Positions 1 through 14,708 of a stretch of DNA of 64,000 nucleotides are shown here, piece after piece. Numbering within the stretch: the stretch's first letter is position 1; each line of letters starts with the position of its first letter. Under the pieces are notes generated by a model, which saw nothing but the letters and a program-made list of their open reading frames with translations, was not told where the DNA came from and made no database searches. A program made the translations under genes and the position numbers. Source of the DNA: Paraspadella gotoi (Eukaryota; Animalia; Chaetognatha); NCBI GenBank assembly GCA_051294375.1, contig CM119269.1, positions 3,281,524 through 3,345,523 of the forward strand, in the 5' to 3' direction.

Positions 1-1608
1 GTTGTGACAGTCAACTTGTCTAAAATCGTTGTCGACAATCAATCCTAATAATTTTCTTAAAATTGCTTTTTGACGTCAAACAATTAAGCGATTAAAATGA
101 AACTTTTTATAAAAGTGCATACATTTTTAAACATTTTTTAAAAAACTGAATTTTTTTAATTGTAAAAAAAAGAAGTTTTGATTTAATCCATATATTTTAA
201 AGTTAAATCCTTTTTTCATAATATCTTATTAGTTTCTAAAAACCATTTCTTGACTCTGGAAATAAAGACGTCATGAAAGGGTGCCAAATTACCGAAAGAT
301 AAATACGAAAATGACGAGGGCTTTCGTCTTAAGAAATGAATGAAATAATAATTTTAATCATGTCGTTTCAATGAGACGGTTTTGGTCATCGTTTTGTTTA
401 AACGTTCTTGCTATCTGTCTCCGATGTACATTTATACAATCTCAGTTAATAAATTTATATATCTAAAGAATTTGTCACTACGAAATTTTTAATTTTATGA
501 GACACGAAAGCCAAAGGAAAATTTTTTCAAACGAGCCAAAGATTGCAAATATTCTGATCACAATTTCTATATGACGAAAAACTCATAAACAATTAACAAT
601 ATAAAAAAATTCATCAACATCAGAAATAAGTTTTATTCAAACCAAACACCGGTCTGCACTGGTAGGCTGACTTCGTCCAGATAAGGCCAGCTCGTGTTGA
701 CGTAAACTCGCGTCCCTAATGTCATTTCCGTTTATCTGCGATGTCGTTATCGTCGTCGATCATCGTTGTCGTCATCGTCATTGTCATCGTCGTCGTCGTC
801 GTCGTCGAGATCGTCGACGTCATCGTTCGTCGTCGATCTTTGACCTCGACTTGACTTGACAGGTCAGATGACAACGTTTCATGCCGTCCGATCCTCGTCA
901 TCGTTCGTTGTCATACGTCGTTGTCATCGTCGTCCTCATCGTCGTCGAGCAGGATTCCGCTATGTTTTTTCCCACGAAATCTCTTCCATCGCACGTGGCT
1001 CTGAAAAAAAAACCAAACTTTTGAGAAGATGGAAAATTAGATCGGATCTGTGTTGTGAACGTGATTCACGTTGACCGCGAGGATCACGCTTACGAGAAAC
1101 TTCGACTTCCTCAATCATCCCCGCGTGAGAAACGCCTTTCAGATTTCACCTCTTGCCCAGATTACGAGGAAATCCCCAGCCGAGTTCGTAGTGCCGCGTC
1201 CGAGTCACTGAAGTCACTAGTCACGCCCCATCGATTTTCCTTTCTCCCCTATATTCTCGATCGATTAATTTTTTTTTTATCAGATTCCTCCGTTGAAATT
1301 CACTCCTCAATAGAAAAGGTTCTTCTTTCTCCCAACGATTTAAATGTCCGCCATTACTTTTTATTTCACCCAACGATTTCCTCGCGACCAACAAATTTGT
1401 TTCTCTCCTCTTCCCGAATTCGCTGTAATTTATTTCCCATCCGCGATCAAATGTATTTCGACTTTTCCCTTCTTTTATTGGATCTCGCCAGAAACCTTTT
1501 ATTTGTATCAATCAATCAATCCATCAATTCAACAATTGAATAAATAAAAAAAAAAAAAATAAATAAATAAATAAAATAATAGATAAATAAATAAAATAAA
1601 TAAAATAA

Positions 1609-1639
<31 letters not shown>

Positions 1640-3836
1640 AAAATAATAAAATAAAATTAACTGTATTATATCGTTCTGAGTTTAAAAAATTCCACCCTCT
1701 ATTAAAAATTCTCTAGTCCTACCATTTCCCCCCCCCCTCACCCGGCCCCAGGCCCACCCCCGATACCCCTCAAAACCATCAATTTCAACCGCCCCCCACC
1801 CCCACCCCCACACCATCTTCCCTCCCCTCCACTCCAATTTCCCGCCCGCCAAGATTCGCGAATGGCAAATGTAATAAAAATTTGGTGCAGGAATCGGAAG
1901 CCGCGCAAGAGAAAAAGTTCCGGCGTCTGATCGCCTCAGTCGATTTCCTGATTTTTAATCACTCGAGGGCGTCCGTGACATCGGTGAGAGTCCGGCGAGA
2001 GTCGTGAGAGTCCGGTGAGAGTCGCGTGAGAGACTCCGTGTGAGATCGGAGTCGGTAGAGAGTCCGTGACAGCTCGGGAGAGTCGGGAGAGATCGGTGAG
2101 AGTCGGTGGAGTCGGTGAGATCGGTGATGAGATCACGTGAGAGTCCGGTCGACGAAGTCGTGTGAGGCAGTCGCGTGAGAGTCGCTCTCGAGAGTCGGTG
2201 AGAGTCGTGTGACAGTGACTGCGTGTACGCTGCGTTAAAAGGCGTTGACGATGGTTCTACGCGGTGACTGCAATTAAATGGGGATTCGTTAGTAGTTTCG
2301 GGCGTTCGAACCGTCGTGAAAACTGCATAATCTTAATTACGAAATTTATGAACTATTCTGTAATTGGATCGATGGAACAAATATCTGGGATATTCGAGAC
2401 AGGAGCCACTTACAAAATTTTACAAATAAACTACTCACTATATATATCGATATCCTGTCTGATTTCTCATCCAAATCTTTTTTTCCTTGATGAGTCAATT
2501 TCAGGTGACTCGACTCTTCGCCTCAGAGCAAAACTACTGCTATGCTCCACCCGCAGAGAATCTTCACTTAGCGTGTAACTCACCCATTACTTCCTCCTCC
2601 TCGTACCTTCCTTCCCTTCCTTCCTTCCTTCCCTTCCTTCCTCCCTTCCTTCCCTTCCTTCCTTCCTTCCTTCTCTCCTGCTTCCCTTCCTTGCTTCCTC
2701 TCTTCCTTCGCCTTACTTTCTTCCTTCTTTTTCCTTTTCTCACGAAATTTCCTTTTCTTCTCTTCTATTCTCCTTTCCTTCTTATTCTTTTATTCTTTTC
2801 TTATTCTATTCTCCTTCGATTCTCATTCTGCTCTTCTCCTCTCGTTCTTTCCTTTCTTTCTTTTCTTTTACTGATTGATTTCTTTTCTCGTCTCGTCTCG
2901 TCCTCTTTTCTTCTCTTCTCTTTTCTTTTCTTTTCTTTTCTTTCTTCTTTCTTTCTTTTCTTTTCTTTTCTTTCTTTTCTTATCTTGTTCTCCTTCTTCT
3001 TTTCTTCTCTCTCTTCTCTTTTCTTTTCGCTCTCGTTCTCCCATCTTTCCCGCAACCTCTTTCTCCATCCCCATTCTCCACACCCGGAACCTCAACTGCG
3101 ACCACAAATCCGCCTCTCAGCGGTTAACTTCTCGCACTCCTGTCGCATAGTTTCGTGTCGCCGACGCCCGTAAAATCGGCCGGCGCATCTCCGCCACCGC
3201 CGCTTCAGCAGCTGCAGCGGAAGCCGAAGAAAGAAGTAGATCGGTCTTTAGGGTTAAAGAATTGTTGTTGTTCATTTCATATTTAACGTTTTTTTTTTAA
3301 ATGAAATATCCTGATTTCCTACTCTGGTAGCATTAGTTGTTTTTTTTCTTACCATTCACTATCGCGGGATCAATGCAATTGGGACACAATTAATTTCATC
3401 CCAATAATAACTCTCTTGCGTCCGACTGGTGATATGCGTTGTAATTTAACTATTATTAGACTAATGGTTAACTTTCGTGGTTCTACCTCGAACTCTAGAA
3501 TTTCCATTCGCGACGCGATGACCAAAATTCGTTGAGGTGTGTGCGAGTCAGCGCGAATAAAGATGCTCACGTGGGATTGTGGTAAAGGAGTCAGAGAAAA
3601 CGGAGACCGGAGAATCGGGCGTAGCGATTTGGTTGAGTTCTATAGGACCAGTGGAGGCTGCATACTATGCATAGGACGGTCGAGGGAGGATGAAAATTAC
3701 ATCGAATAGGGTCGATATTGGGAGAGAAAAGCGATTCAGGCGAAGATGATTCTGTTTACTCGTTTCGTCGATCTCTGCATTGAAAACGAAATTTGGAAAA
3801 GTCGGGAAGGAAAGGAAAAGGGAGGGGAGGAAGAGA

Positions 3837-3879
<43 letters not shown>

Positions 3880-3880
3880 C

Positions 3881-3912
<32 letters not shown>

Positions 3913-4475
3913 CCCCAGAAAAGGGGAAGGGAAAGGCGGGGAAAAGAGAATCCGCGACGGACGAAAACTGCGAAAGGAAAAAAAGTTGGGAAGAGGAAAA
4001 TGCGTGCATTCGATTTCCAGAGTCGATTCTCCCGGACACGATACCGGTTGGCCAGACGAGTTTCAACCTTTTCTCTTATTATTCTGTTTCGTTTTGTTTT
4101 AAATCTTTACATAACTATAAAAAGATTATCGTCGGACTTGCATGGTAGAATTTTTGATAAAAAACTAATTTAAAAAAAAAACAAACAATACATTAAAAAT
4201 ACGTTGCATAGAAAATAAAGAAGAAAAAAAAAACCAACTGGGCGTTTTGAAACGACTTTAAAAGTATATAACCGGTACAGTGGGAGGTTTTCATTCCTCG
4301 ATTAAACCTCCCACGAGATAAAATTCGTGACGGTAAAAACAGTTTTTAACGATCTCACACCGAACGAAAAAAAATAATACAAAAGCCGAAAAAGTCGCTT
4401 CGAATCACATTTCAACCATCGTGTCACTCAGTTTTTTTTTCGAAGTTGACACCGGAAAAATGTTGTTTTATTTGG
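1..4475 (-). repeat. Inverted partial copy of block U (reverse complement of ~5385-9879)
   Basis: Bases 1-40 (gttgtgacagtcaacttgtctaaaatcgttg) are the near reverse complement of 9841-9879. The end at 4441-4475 is the reverse complement of ~5385-5420. Differences are mostly 1-bp indels, and the block ends at a 25-N gap. Confidence 0.93.
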
Positions 4476-4500
4476 NNNNNNNNNNNNNNNNNNNNNNNNN
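4476..4500. other. Assembly gap of exactly 25 N (also 15997-16021, 28065-28089, 37527-37551, 45915-45939; 10-N gaps at 36938-36947 and 63848-63857)
   Basis: Counted directly. Confidence 0.98.
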
Positions 4501-4860
4501 TATAGATCGAGTAAGAAAGCGGCGGAATTCTAGAAGAAGAACGCGATATTTTTAGAATTTACATCGGAAAATCGTTATTTGTCGGCGACTTGGAAATGAT
4601 GCTTGTTATATTAAATTTATTGTTTTTTTATTAATCATTTGTGTTTAGTATATTTTATTGGTTATTTGTTGTGATACGTGAACGAAGAATACAATGTGAA
4701 AAAAGAAGAGAGTCAAAAAAATTCTCAATTAAAGGTTTCACACAGTACGAATTTTAAAAATTGGAGATTTTATTATTTGTGTCGTTTTGGAGAAAAAAAA
4801 ATTCAAGTAGTAAAGGAAAAAATGCATTTCGAATTGACGGCAATTAACAACGAAAGGTCG

Positions 4861-4899
<39 letters not shown>

Positions 4900-4903
4900 T
4901 CTG

Positions 4904-4938
<35 letters not shown>

Positions 4939-5320
4939 TTCTCTCTCTCTTTTTTGCTTTATCTCTTCTTTCTCTCTCTCTTCCTCTCTCTCTCTCTCTT
5001 CTCTCTTCTCTCTCCATCTCTCTCTCTCTCTATCTCTCTCTCGTCTCTCTCTCTCTCTCTCCTCTCCCTACCCGCGGCACATCTTGGCATCTTGATCGAT
5101 CTCAAGAGACACAAAACAATCTTTCCGACGAGAAAATAAAAAAAACGCAAACAAAAAAATCACAGTATCGGGATTGTGATAAAGAATCGAAAGAACTAAC
5201 AAAGTCAGTCGGAGATCCGAACAGACCGAAAAAAAACAAAAAGTTAGGTGTGATAAAGAATAACGAGAGAGAGAGAGAGGAGAGAGAGAAGAGAGAGAGA
5301 AGAGAGAGAGAGAGAGGAGT

Positions 5321-5380
<60 letters not shown>

Positions 5381-5964
5381 AAATCTAAATAAAACAACAT
5401 TTTTTCCGGTGTCCAACTTCGAAAAAAAAACTGAGTGTGACACGATGGTTGAAATGTGATTGCGAAGCGACTTTTTCGGCTTTTGTATTATTTTTTTTTC
5501 GTTGGTGTGAGATCGTTAAAAACTGTTTTTTAACCGTCAGCGAATATTTATCTCGTGGAGGTTTAATCGAGGAATGAAACCTCCACTGTACCGGTTATAT
5601 ACTTTTAAAGTCGCTTTTCAAAACGCCCAGTTGGTTTTTTTTTTTTTCTTTATTTTCTATGCAACGTATTTTTAATAGTATTGTTTGTTTTTTTTAAATT
5701 AGTTTTTTATCAAAAATTCTAATAATGCAAGTCGGGCGACGATAATCTTTTTTATAGTTATGTAAAGATTTAAAACAAAACGAAACAGAATAAAAAGAGA
5801 AAAGGTTGAAACTCGTCTGGCCAACCGGTATCGTGTCGCGGGAGAATCGACTTGGAAATCGAATGCACGCATTTTCTCTTTTCCCAAGCTTTTTTTCCTT
5901 TCGCAGCTTTTCGTCCGTCGCGGATTCTCTTTCCCCGCCTTCTCCCTTCCCCTTTTGCTCTTCG

Positions 5965-5996
<32 letters not shown>

Positions 5997-6004
5997 TGCT
6001 CTCT

Positions 6005-6035
<31 letters not shown>

Positions 6036-8230
6036 TCTTTCCTCCCCTCCCTTTCCTTTCCTCTCCGACTTTTCCAAATTTGCGTTTTCCAATGCAGAGA
6101 TCGAGAAACGAGTATAACAGAATCCATCTTCGCCTGAATCGCTTTTTCTTCCCAATATCGACCCTATTCGATGTAATTTTCATCCTCCCTCGACCGTCCT
6201 ATGCATAGTATGCAGCCTCCACTGGTCATATAGAACCACCAAATCGCTACCCGATTCTCCGGTCTCCGTTTTCTCTGACTCCTTTACCACAATCCCACGT
6301 GAGCATCTTTATTCGCCGCTGACTCGCACACACTCAACGAATTTTTGGTCATCGCGTCGCGAATGGAAATTCTCTAGAGTTCGAGGTAGAAACCACGAAA
6401 GTTAACATTAGTCTAATAATAGTTAAATTACAACCATTCCACCAGTCGGACGCAGATGAGTTATTATTGGGATGAAATAATTGTTGTCGCCAATTGCATG
6501 TTAGATGCCCGCGAGATAGTATGGTAAGAAAAAAAAGACATAATGCTACCAGGTAGGAACTAGGATATTTCATTTAAGAGAAAAAACGATTAAAATTATG
6601 AAATAGAACGAACAACAATTCTTTAACCCTAAAGTACCGATGCACTATCTTTCTTCGGCTTCCGCTGCAGCTGCTGAAGCGGCGGTGCGGCGGAGACGCC
6701 GCCGTTTTACGGCGTCGGCGACACGCAAACTGCGACAGGAGTGCGTAAATTACCGGAGAGGCGGATTTGTGGTCGCAGTTGAGGTTCCATGGGTGTCGGA
6801 GAATGGGGATGGAGAAAGAGGTTGCGGGAGAAGAAGGGAGAAGAGAGGAAAAAAAAGAGAAGAGAGAGAAGAAAAGAAGAAGAGAACAAGAAAGAGAAAG
6901 AAAGCAGAAAAGAAAAGAAAAGAAAAGAAGAAAGAAAAGAAAAGAAAGAAAAGAGAAGAGAGAAAAGAGACGAGACGAGACGAGAAAAGAAATACATATA
7001 AAAGAAAAGAAAGAAAGGAAAGAACGAGGGAGAAGAGCAGAGAGTGAGGAATACCAAAGAAGACAAGAAGTAAATAAAAAGAAAAGACAGAAAGGAAGAA
7101 TAGAAGAGAAGAAAAGGAAATTTCGTGAGAAAAGGAAAAAGAGAAGGAAGATAAGTAAGGCTAGGAAGGAAGAGACGGAAGGCAAGAAGGAGCAGAAGGA
7201 AGGAAGGCAAGGAAGGAAGGAAGGGAAGGAAGGAGGAAGGAAGTGACGGGAAGGAAGGAAGGGAAGAAGGTACGAGGGGAAAGTAATGGTGAGTTACAGT
7301 AAGTGGAAGTCTCTGCGGGTGGAGCAAGCAGTGTTGTTGACTCCTGAGGCGAGAGCGAGTATCGACCGACAATTGATCATCAGAGGAAAAGAAAGATTTG
7401 GATAGAAATCAAAGGATATCGATATATAGATAGTGAGGTAATTAATTTGAAATTTTTGTAAGGTGGCTCCTGTCTCGAATATCACCAGATATTTGTTCCA
7501 TCGTCCAATTACAGAATAGTTCACTAAATCGGATTAAATTAATGCAGTTTTCACGACGGTTCGAACGCCCAGAAACTACTAAGAATCCCCACTTTAAATT
7601 GCAGTCACCGCTAGAACCATCGTCACTGCCTTTTTTAACGCAGCGTACACGGCAGTCACTGTCACGATCTCGACTCTCACCGACTCTCCCGATTACGAGC
7701 GACTCTCACCGACGTCTCACGACGACTCGTCACGCGACTCTCCCGTGAGCTCATCACCGATGGTCTCGCTCACCGACTCCTCAGACCGATCTCCTCCCGA
7801 CCCCGAGCTGTCACGGACTCTCACCGACTTCACCGACTCTCACACGACATCCCACCGACTCTCACCGGCACTCTCGTCCGACTCTCACCGACTGTCACGA
7901 CGCCCTCAGTGATTAAAAATCAGGAAATCGACTGAGGCAGATCAAGACGCCGGAGACTTTTTCTCTTAGCGCTTCGATCTCCTGCACCAAATTTTTATTA
8001 CATTTCCCATTCGCGAATCTTGGCGGGCGAGAATTGGAGTGGAGGGGAGGGAAGATGGGTGGGGGTGGGGGTGGGGGGCGGTTGAAATTGATGGTTTGAG
8101 GGGCTATCGGGGGTGGCCCTGGGGCCGGGTAGGGGGGGGGGAAATGGTAGGACAGAGAATTTTTATAGAGGTGGAATAGTTTTTAAAACTCAGAACGATA
8201 AGATAATCAGTTAATTTTATTTTATTGATG

Positions 8231-8261
<31 letters not shown>

Positions 8262-11200
8262 TTATTATTTATTTATTTATTTTATTTATTTATCTATTAT
8301 TTTTATTTATTTATTTATTTTTTTTTTTTTATTTATCTCAATTGTTTTGATTGATGGGATTGATTGATTGATAAAATAAAAGGTTTCGGCAGATCAATAA
8401 AAGAAGGGAAAAGTCGAAATACATTTGATCGCGGAATGGGAGAAATAAAATTAGCGCGAATTCGGGAGAGCAGGAGAGAAACAAATTTGTTGGTCGCGAG
8501 GAAATCGTTTGGGGAAATAAAAAGTAAAGGCGGGCATTTAACGTTGGTGAGAAGAAGAACCTTTTCTATTGGAGGAGTGAATTTCAAAGCGGAGGAATCT
8601 GAAAAAAAAAAAATATCGACTCGAGATATAGAGAGGGAGAAAGGAAAATCGATGGGCGGCTAGTGACTAGTGACTTCGTGACCGTCACAGCGCCTACGAA
8701 CTCGGCTGGGGATTTCCTCGTAATCTGCGGCAAGAGGTGAAATCTGAAAGGCTTTCTCACGCGGGGGATGATTGAGGAAGTCGAATTCTCGTAAGGTGAT
8801 CCTCGGCGTCACGTGAATCACGTTCACATCACAGATCCAGATCTTAATTTTCATCTTCTCAAAAGTGTTGGTTTTTTTTCAGAGCCACGTGCGATGGAAG
8901 AGATTTCGTGGGAAAAAAAATAGCGGAATCCTCGCTCGACGACGATGACGGACGACGGATGACAACGACGTATGCAACACGAGACGTGACGAGGATGACG
9001 CGATGAAAACGTTGTCGATCTGACCTGTCAAGTCAAGTGAGAAGTCAAAGATCGACGACGAACGATGACGTCGACGATTCGCGTCGACGACGAACGACGA
9101 CGATGACAATGACGATGACGACAACGATGACGAGACGATAACGAACATCGCAGATAAACGGAAATGACATTAGGACGCGAGTTTACGTCAACCGAGGCGG
9201 CTCTTGAATCTGACGAAGTCAGCCTACAGTGCAGACCGGTGTTTGTTTGAATAAAACTTATTTCTATGTTGATGAATTTTTTTTATATTGTTATTTGTTT
9301 ATGAGTTTTTTCGTCATATAGAAATTGTGATCAGAATATTGCAATCTTTGGCTCGTTGAAAAAATTTTCCTTTGGCTTCGTTCTCATAAATTAACAAAAT
9401 TTCGTAGTGAAAATTCTTTAGATATATAAATTTATTACGAGATTGTAATAAATGTCAATCGAGACATAGCGAAGAACGTTTAAACAAAACGTGACCACAA
9501 AACCGTCTCATTGAAACGACATGATTAAAATTATTATTTCATTCATTTCTTAAGACGAAAGCCCTCGTCTTTTTCGTATTTATCTTTCGGTAATTTGCAG
9601 ACCCTTTAGACGTCTTTATTTCCAGAGTTCAAGAAATGGTTTTTAGAAACTTAATAAGATATTATGAAAAAAGGATTTAACTTAAAATATATGGATTAAA
9701 TAAACCTTCTTTTTTTTAACATTAAAAAAATTCATTTTTTAAAAAATGTTTAAAAATGTATGCCTTTTATAAAAAGTTTGCATTTTTAATCGCTTAATTT
9801 TTGACGTCAAAAAGCAATTATTAAAAAAGTGTTATTAGGATTGATTGTCCAACGATTTTAGACAAGTGACTGTCACAACGAAGTCAAGTTTTCGATCCTT
9901 CGAGATTAAACGAATAGAAAACATTCCCAAGACACGACAGGTCCGCCGTTAAAACGGAAAATAAAACCTGGCGAAGAAATTAATATCGAAACTAATGTTT
10001 TCTTACCCTTTGGATCTAATTAGCAACTCTACAATATTTGTAAAAAAAACAAAGAATGACAAACAATTACAGAACGCATGACCACAAGACAAGGAATGAC
10101 AACGAGAAAGACACAACGATGACCGAACGGTGTCGCCATGGCTGTATGAAGACGAGGAAGAAGGAGAAGAAGAAGAAGAAAGAAGAGAAGAAGAAGAAGA
10201 AGAAGAAAGAAGAAGAAGAAGAGGCAAGAAGAAGAAGAAGACGGAGACACCATGGCGCCGATGTCGGCATTTTGTGACGTCAATATGACGACGAGAAAGA
10301 CGACGACGAAGACGACGCCACGACGCGCGGCCGGTATAAAAGAGCCCGCGCCTCCCCTTAAGTTAAAGTCTGGAATATCTAGAATCTTCCACTTAAAAAA
10401 AGTATTTGAAAACGGCATTCAATTTTGCACTTCCGTTTCAAGCTCTGTCTACTTGCCAAGTTTTTTTAAAAAATAAACTAAACGCGAAAAAATATCGCAA
10501 CGATACCGAGATATTTCAAATCAAATAAAACATAATAAATTTCATTGTTAAAAATAAAACGTCAAAATTATCAAAAGACAAAACAATCGCAGGTTGAAAA
10601 ATTAACACCACGCTCTTAAGAATTTCACGAATGTAAACTCAGTCCTGCAATAACGCTTCCAGTTTCCGTTCTGGGATTGGCGAACAGCAAAAAAAGTAAA
10701 AATAAAACACTTTAAATCTGGCGCGTTTTTCTTCTCCGTTTTCGCTAGACGAATCCACGGCGTTTCACAAAACTACGAACAGACAACATAACGGACACAA
10801 AAATACCTTTAAACTTTTCTTTCTTTACTCCCGGTTTTTTCCCGTCTCACTCATTGTGACGGGCTCGTGAGGACCGCACCTGGTTCACCGTAACGTCTGC
10901 GTGTCCGGTTCCAAATTTGGAACGCTGTCGTGTCAGCGCACACTTTGTTTTGTTTCCGCGTTTACAATAAAATCGGCGTCGCGTTCATCGTCGACCAGAA
11001 AATACTCATTTCGTCTGTTGACCGTTCGACGAAGACACGATACGGCACAGACAAGAGATAGACGAGAGGACAAAAACTCAATTGCCAACAATCTTTTAAT
11101 TGACCTCTAAGCAATACAGAAAACCTTTAAAAATCTCTAAATCTACTAAAAAAAATATAAAAAACTCGACTTCTGCTACGAAGTCAATTTTCCAAGGTCT

Positions 11201-14200
11201 ATCTACACCCAACCGAATCTCTTGTTTCGATACGAACGCATGGACAAAAAAGAAAACGAGAAAACTAGCAGAAGTAAATAGTTAAACGCCGAACAAAAAA
11301 CAAAAACGCGATCACGAAACCGCCGATGAAGAATGTGGAAAAAATCTCAAAAAATCTCAACTTTTCCTCCCTATGATCTCTAAAACACATTCTTCCTCTT
11401 CTCTTCCTCGCTCATCTGCTCTTCCTCGTCGTCCTTTCCGGCGTCGTTATCGGCTCCGTCCGTGGGCGCCGATCGAAGTGGCGCCGGCGGCGGGAGTCGT
11501 GCCTGAAAGCGGCGCCGGCAGCGCTTCGGACGGAGCTGCTGTCGAAATCGCTTCCTTCGGGCCTCGCTTCTTCTCTCGATTCGGTGACGAGTCTCCGATC
11601 TCTCCCCTTCTAAACACCCCTCGACGATCCTCTCCGACTCTGTGGAATTTCTCGAGGAGCAACTGCGGAATCTTCCCAGAGAGGACGATGAGAGTTTCGC
11701 CGGAAGATTCCTCGGACGCGGAGGCAACGAGGAGGATGTTGGAAGGCGATTCATGGAGGCGGAGGCGGAGAAGATGGTGAGGAGCGAAAGAGAGAGTGGG
11801 GGAGGAAGAGGAAAGGTGACGACTCGGAGAGAGATGAGAGAAGAGAGGGAGGAGAGAGAGAGGAAGAATGAAGGGAAATTGAGGAATCGATACGCGAGTG
11901 GGGAAGAGAGAAAGGGAAAGAATGGAGGAGATAAAGAGACGAGAGAGAACGATGAAGGGCTGAGGAAGAAGGAGGCTCAGCGCGAAGGACGCACCAGCCA
12001 AGCGGCGCATAGCGTCTATTTGCCGCAGTCATTTTGGCGTCAATTGCCGACGGCTCCGTGGGAGTCACGACCGACCACGCGACGCAATCGGACGCCGACG
12101 AAATCCGCTCGAGGGGAAAGCGCAACTTGCTCACGGATCTTCTTCGACCACACATGAACGAACTGACGGCCAAGCGGGAAACGAAAACGGTGCGGGGCGG
12201 CGGCGGCGGCTGGAGGCAACGAGCGATAACGGAGGCGGCAGGCAGCATGAGACGGCGGCAAGCGGCGGTAGAATGGCAAGCGACGTTTAAAGAATCCCCA
12301 GCAAGACTAGACGAATGTCTATGATCAGAAGGACGCATAGAAGGAGAAAGAATAGTATGCGCGGGACTGGAGGAATTGAGAGAGCCCAGGTGAGGACGAG
12401 TCATGTGAAAAGGAGGAAATGACATGTTGAAAAGGATGGAGCCATTTTAGACGAGAGTTTAACATATTTAACGGTCCACTAGTCCTAGTATTCTTGGACA
12501 CAAAACAGTAAGATGCGTTGGACGCATGACATGGTTTGAAAATTATATTGTGATAATAAGAAGTTTTTGTAAGTATAAGCATAACTTTTTAAATTTTTAA
12601 TCGACCATGAAAACAAGGATCGTTGAGACTGTTTGGACAATTGTCCATTTTCGCATCCTTATTTCATATGTTTAATGTTTTATATTATATATTTCCTTTT
12701 TCCCAACATCTGGGTTTTTCAGATGACGGAGAGGCTCGTCGACTGACTGACGAAAGGCCATCTTCATGCTGAGGGGCTTTGTCTGGCGGTGGAACTCTGC
12801 TTCGTCAAACTTTGAAGAGCGGCCCTTTAATGAACGACTTCTCAATGTCAACGGCTTCCGGAAAATTTTCTCTTTCTCAAAAGAAAGTAGTCGACGAATG
12901 AGTGCGCGCGCGCAAGCGCAAGCGCACTGCTCTACCTGCAGTGTTTTTGTCCACGAAATGGCAGATTTCCGATTCAGAAAGTCTCGCCTCTCCAAAAACT
13001 GTCAAGAAATATGGGTCTCAGAAGAAGCAATGCGATGAATTGGGGAAAATTCTATCGAATTTTTTTCTTTTAAATTTGACTATTTAAGGGGTCGTTCATT
13101 TGCTCTCGTGTCAATTCGCCCTTTTCTTTTTTTTCGTCAGGACAAAATTTTTCACTGCAGTTTGTTGAACAAGCTAATGTGAGAATCTTGCTCAAAGATA
13201 CGATACTCTCCTTAAAGGATCGAAAGGAAATGGCGGATGAGAAGAAACCCAAAACGAGCATTTTCTATTTTTATTCATTTTAAATATAAAAATTAAAATG
13301 AGCGCACTTTAATTTGGTTTCTTCCTTGCAAGAACATTATTTCTATGAGATATCGTAGTTATTTATTTTCTAGAATTGCTAAAATATTTATTCTTTAATC
13401 AATGTGTCATAAGCGCAATACGTGTTAAAGAAAAAAAATAGCGTTTAAAATGAAATCGTCATTAATCGCTGTTGAAGTGTAAGCAAACGTGAATTAGGAA
13501 TTAAGGCTCAATCATTTCTTTGATACAACTGTCGTTCTATTTGTCATCGTGTGAAAACCAGTACTTCCTAATCTTCTTTTATTTACTTAAAAGTTTGTAG
13601 TAACGTAAATATAATGTGAACAACAAAGCTTTTCAATATTAATAACAATATATTTACAACCAAGAATAGTATGCAGAATAAATACGATAATTCGCGGTTT
13701 GGTAATCAAGATTAAAGTTTAAACAAAAAAAACATCTAGATAGATAACATCAAACGAGTATTTTATTTTAATTACAAACTGATAGAAGATTACATTTCCC
13801 TCGCCTTGAGAGTCTTTTTTTTTGGGGTTTTTTTGCTTGACAAATTTTCTCTAACAAGGCAGCTCTTTGCGTGAAAATTATTGGACTAAAGAAGGTACAT
13901 TGGTCTTTTTTTCCAAGTAACAATGAAATTAAAGTCTAACATTACGGAGCATACGTAACCCGGGGGCGCCTCTGTTACACTGAGAAAAAGACTTATTATA
14001 GCTTTTCCAAAAACCTTTACGGAATAAATCTCTACAGTTATTAAACGTACTTAAGATCGCTCTGTGTTAGCTTGGGTTTGGAAACTAGAATCGTATGTTA
14101 ACCGAAATGAAGGGTTTTCAGAATGCTAGTACATCTACTTTCACGGCAAACGAGTTGTGTTAATAAATATTTGTAGGGGAATGTCAGCGAGACTGCTGAA

Positions 14201-14417
14201 ATGACACCGACACTGCACAAGCAGGGAATTAACGTATGCGCTCAACAGTCGAAAAAATTGAGGGTGTTCGAGCCATAAAAATTAGATTAAAGAACCAAAA
14301 TATTATTTAAGATTTATAATAGTAGATGGCGCAGCTTTAATTCTTATTCTTAGTAGGCTCACAACTCTATCATAAGCGTATAGATTTGGCTTTTGGAATT
14401 CCGCATTTGGCAACACA
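4501..14417 (+). repeat. Block U, copy 1 (~9.9 kb direct repeat of 17763-27301)
   Basis: Both copies start tatagatcgagtaagaaagcggcggaattc and end ...ggaattccgcat(t)tggcaacaca. They are collinear throughout with indel-type differences. Confidence 0.93.
11373..13180 (+). CDS. Possible unidentified gene for a Glu/Arg-rich coiled-coil protein (frame broken by indels; second copy ~24376-26110)
   Basis: GC-rich island. Comparing the two copies gives VEFLEEQLRNLPRE..EAEAEKM..LRKKEAQRE..SFWRQLPTAPW..ANYESLIKNHEEMLRGLEIERDQ ending at CAG|GTGAGG (~12389/25354). A phase-compatible acceptor ttttcag|ATGACGGAGAGG follows at ~12724. No family recognised. Confidence 0.3.
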
Positions 14418-14420
14418 ATC

Positions 14421-14668
14421 TTAAACTTTAATGAGATTTCATGGTTAAATGAACTTTTCAACACTTTCTACGAAACCCATCGGAATCATGACGAAAATCT
14501 GAAATACCTTAACTAAACATCGATCGATCCGAACGCCGCTCCATTAGATTTAGGATAAAAGAGCAATTAATTAAAGAGGAGTCACGAAAAAGGATAATGT
14601 GTCATCCTTAAAACGACTTTGTGTTCCGTTAAATTGGATTTTTAAAGCTCGCCGCGCATTCTTACGCT

Positions 14669-14708
<40 letters not shown>

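Noticed and set aside
2487-7372. Long F/L/S-rich or E/R/K-rich ORFs (also 18102-20387, 34927-35355, 53880-54524 and others)
   Set aside because: They are translations of (CT)n/(GA)n/(CTTT)n microsatellites, open in several frames on both strands.
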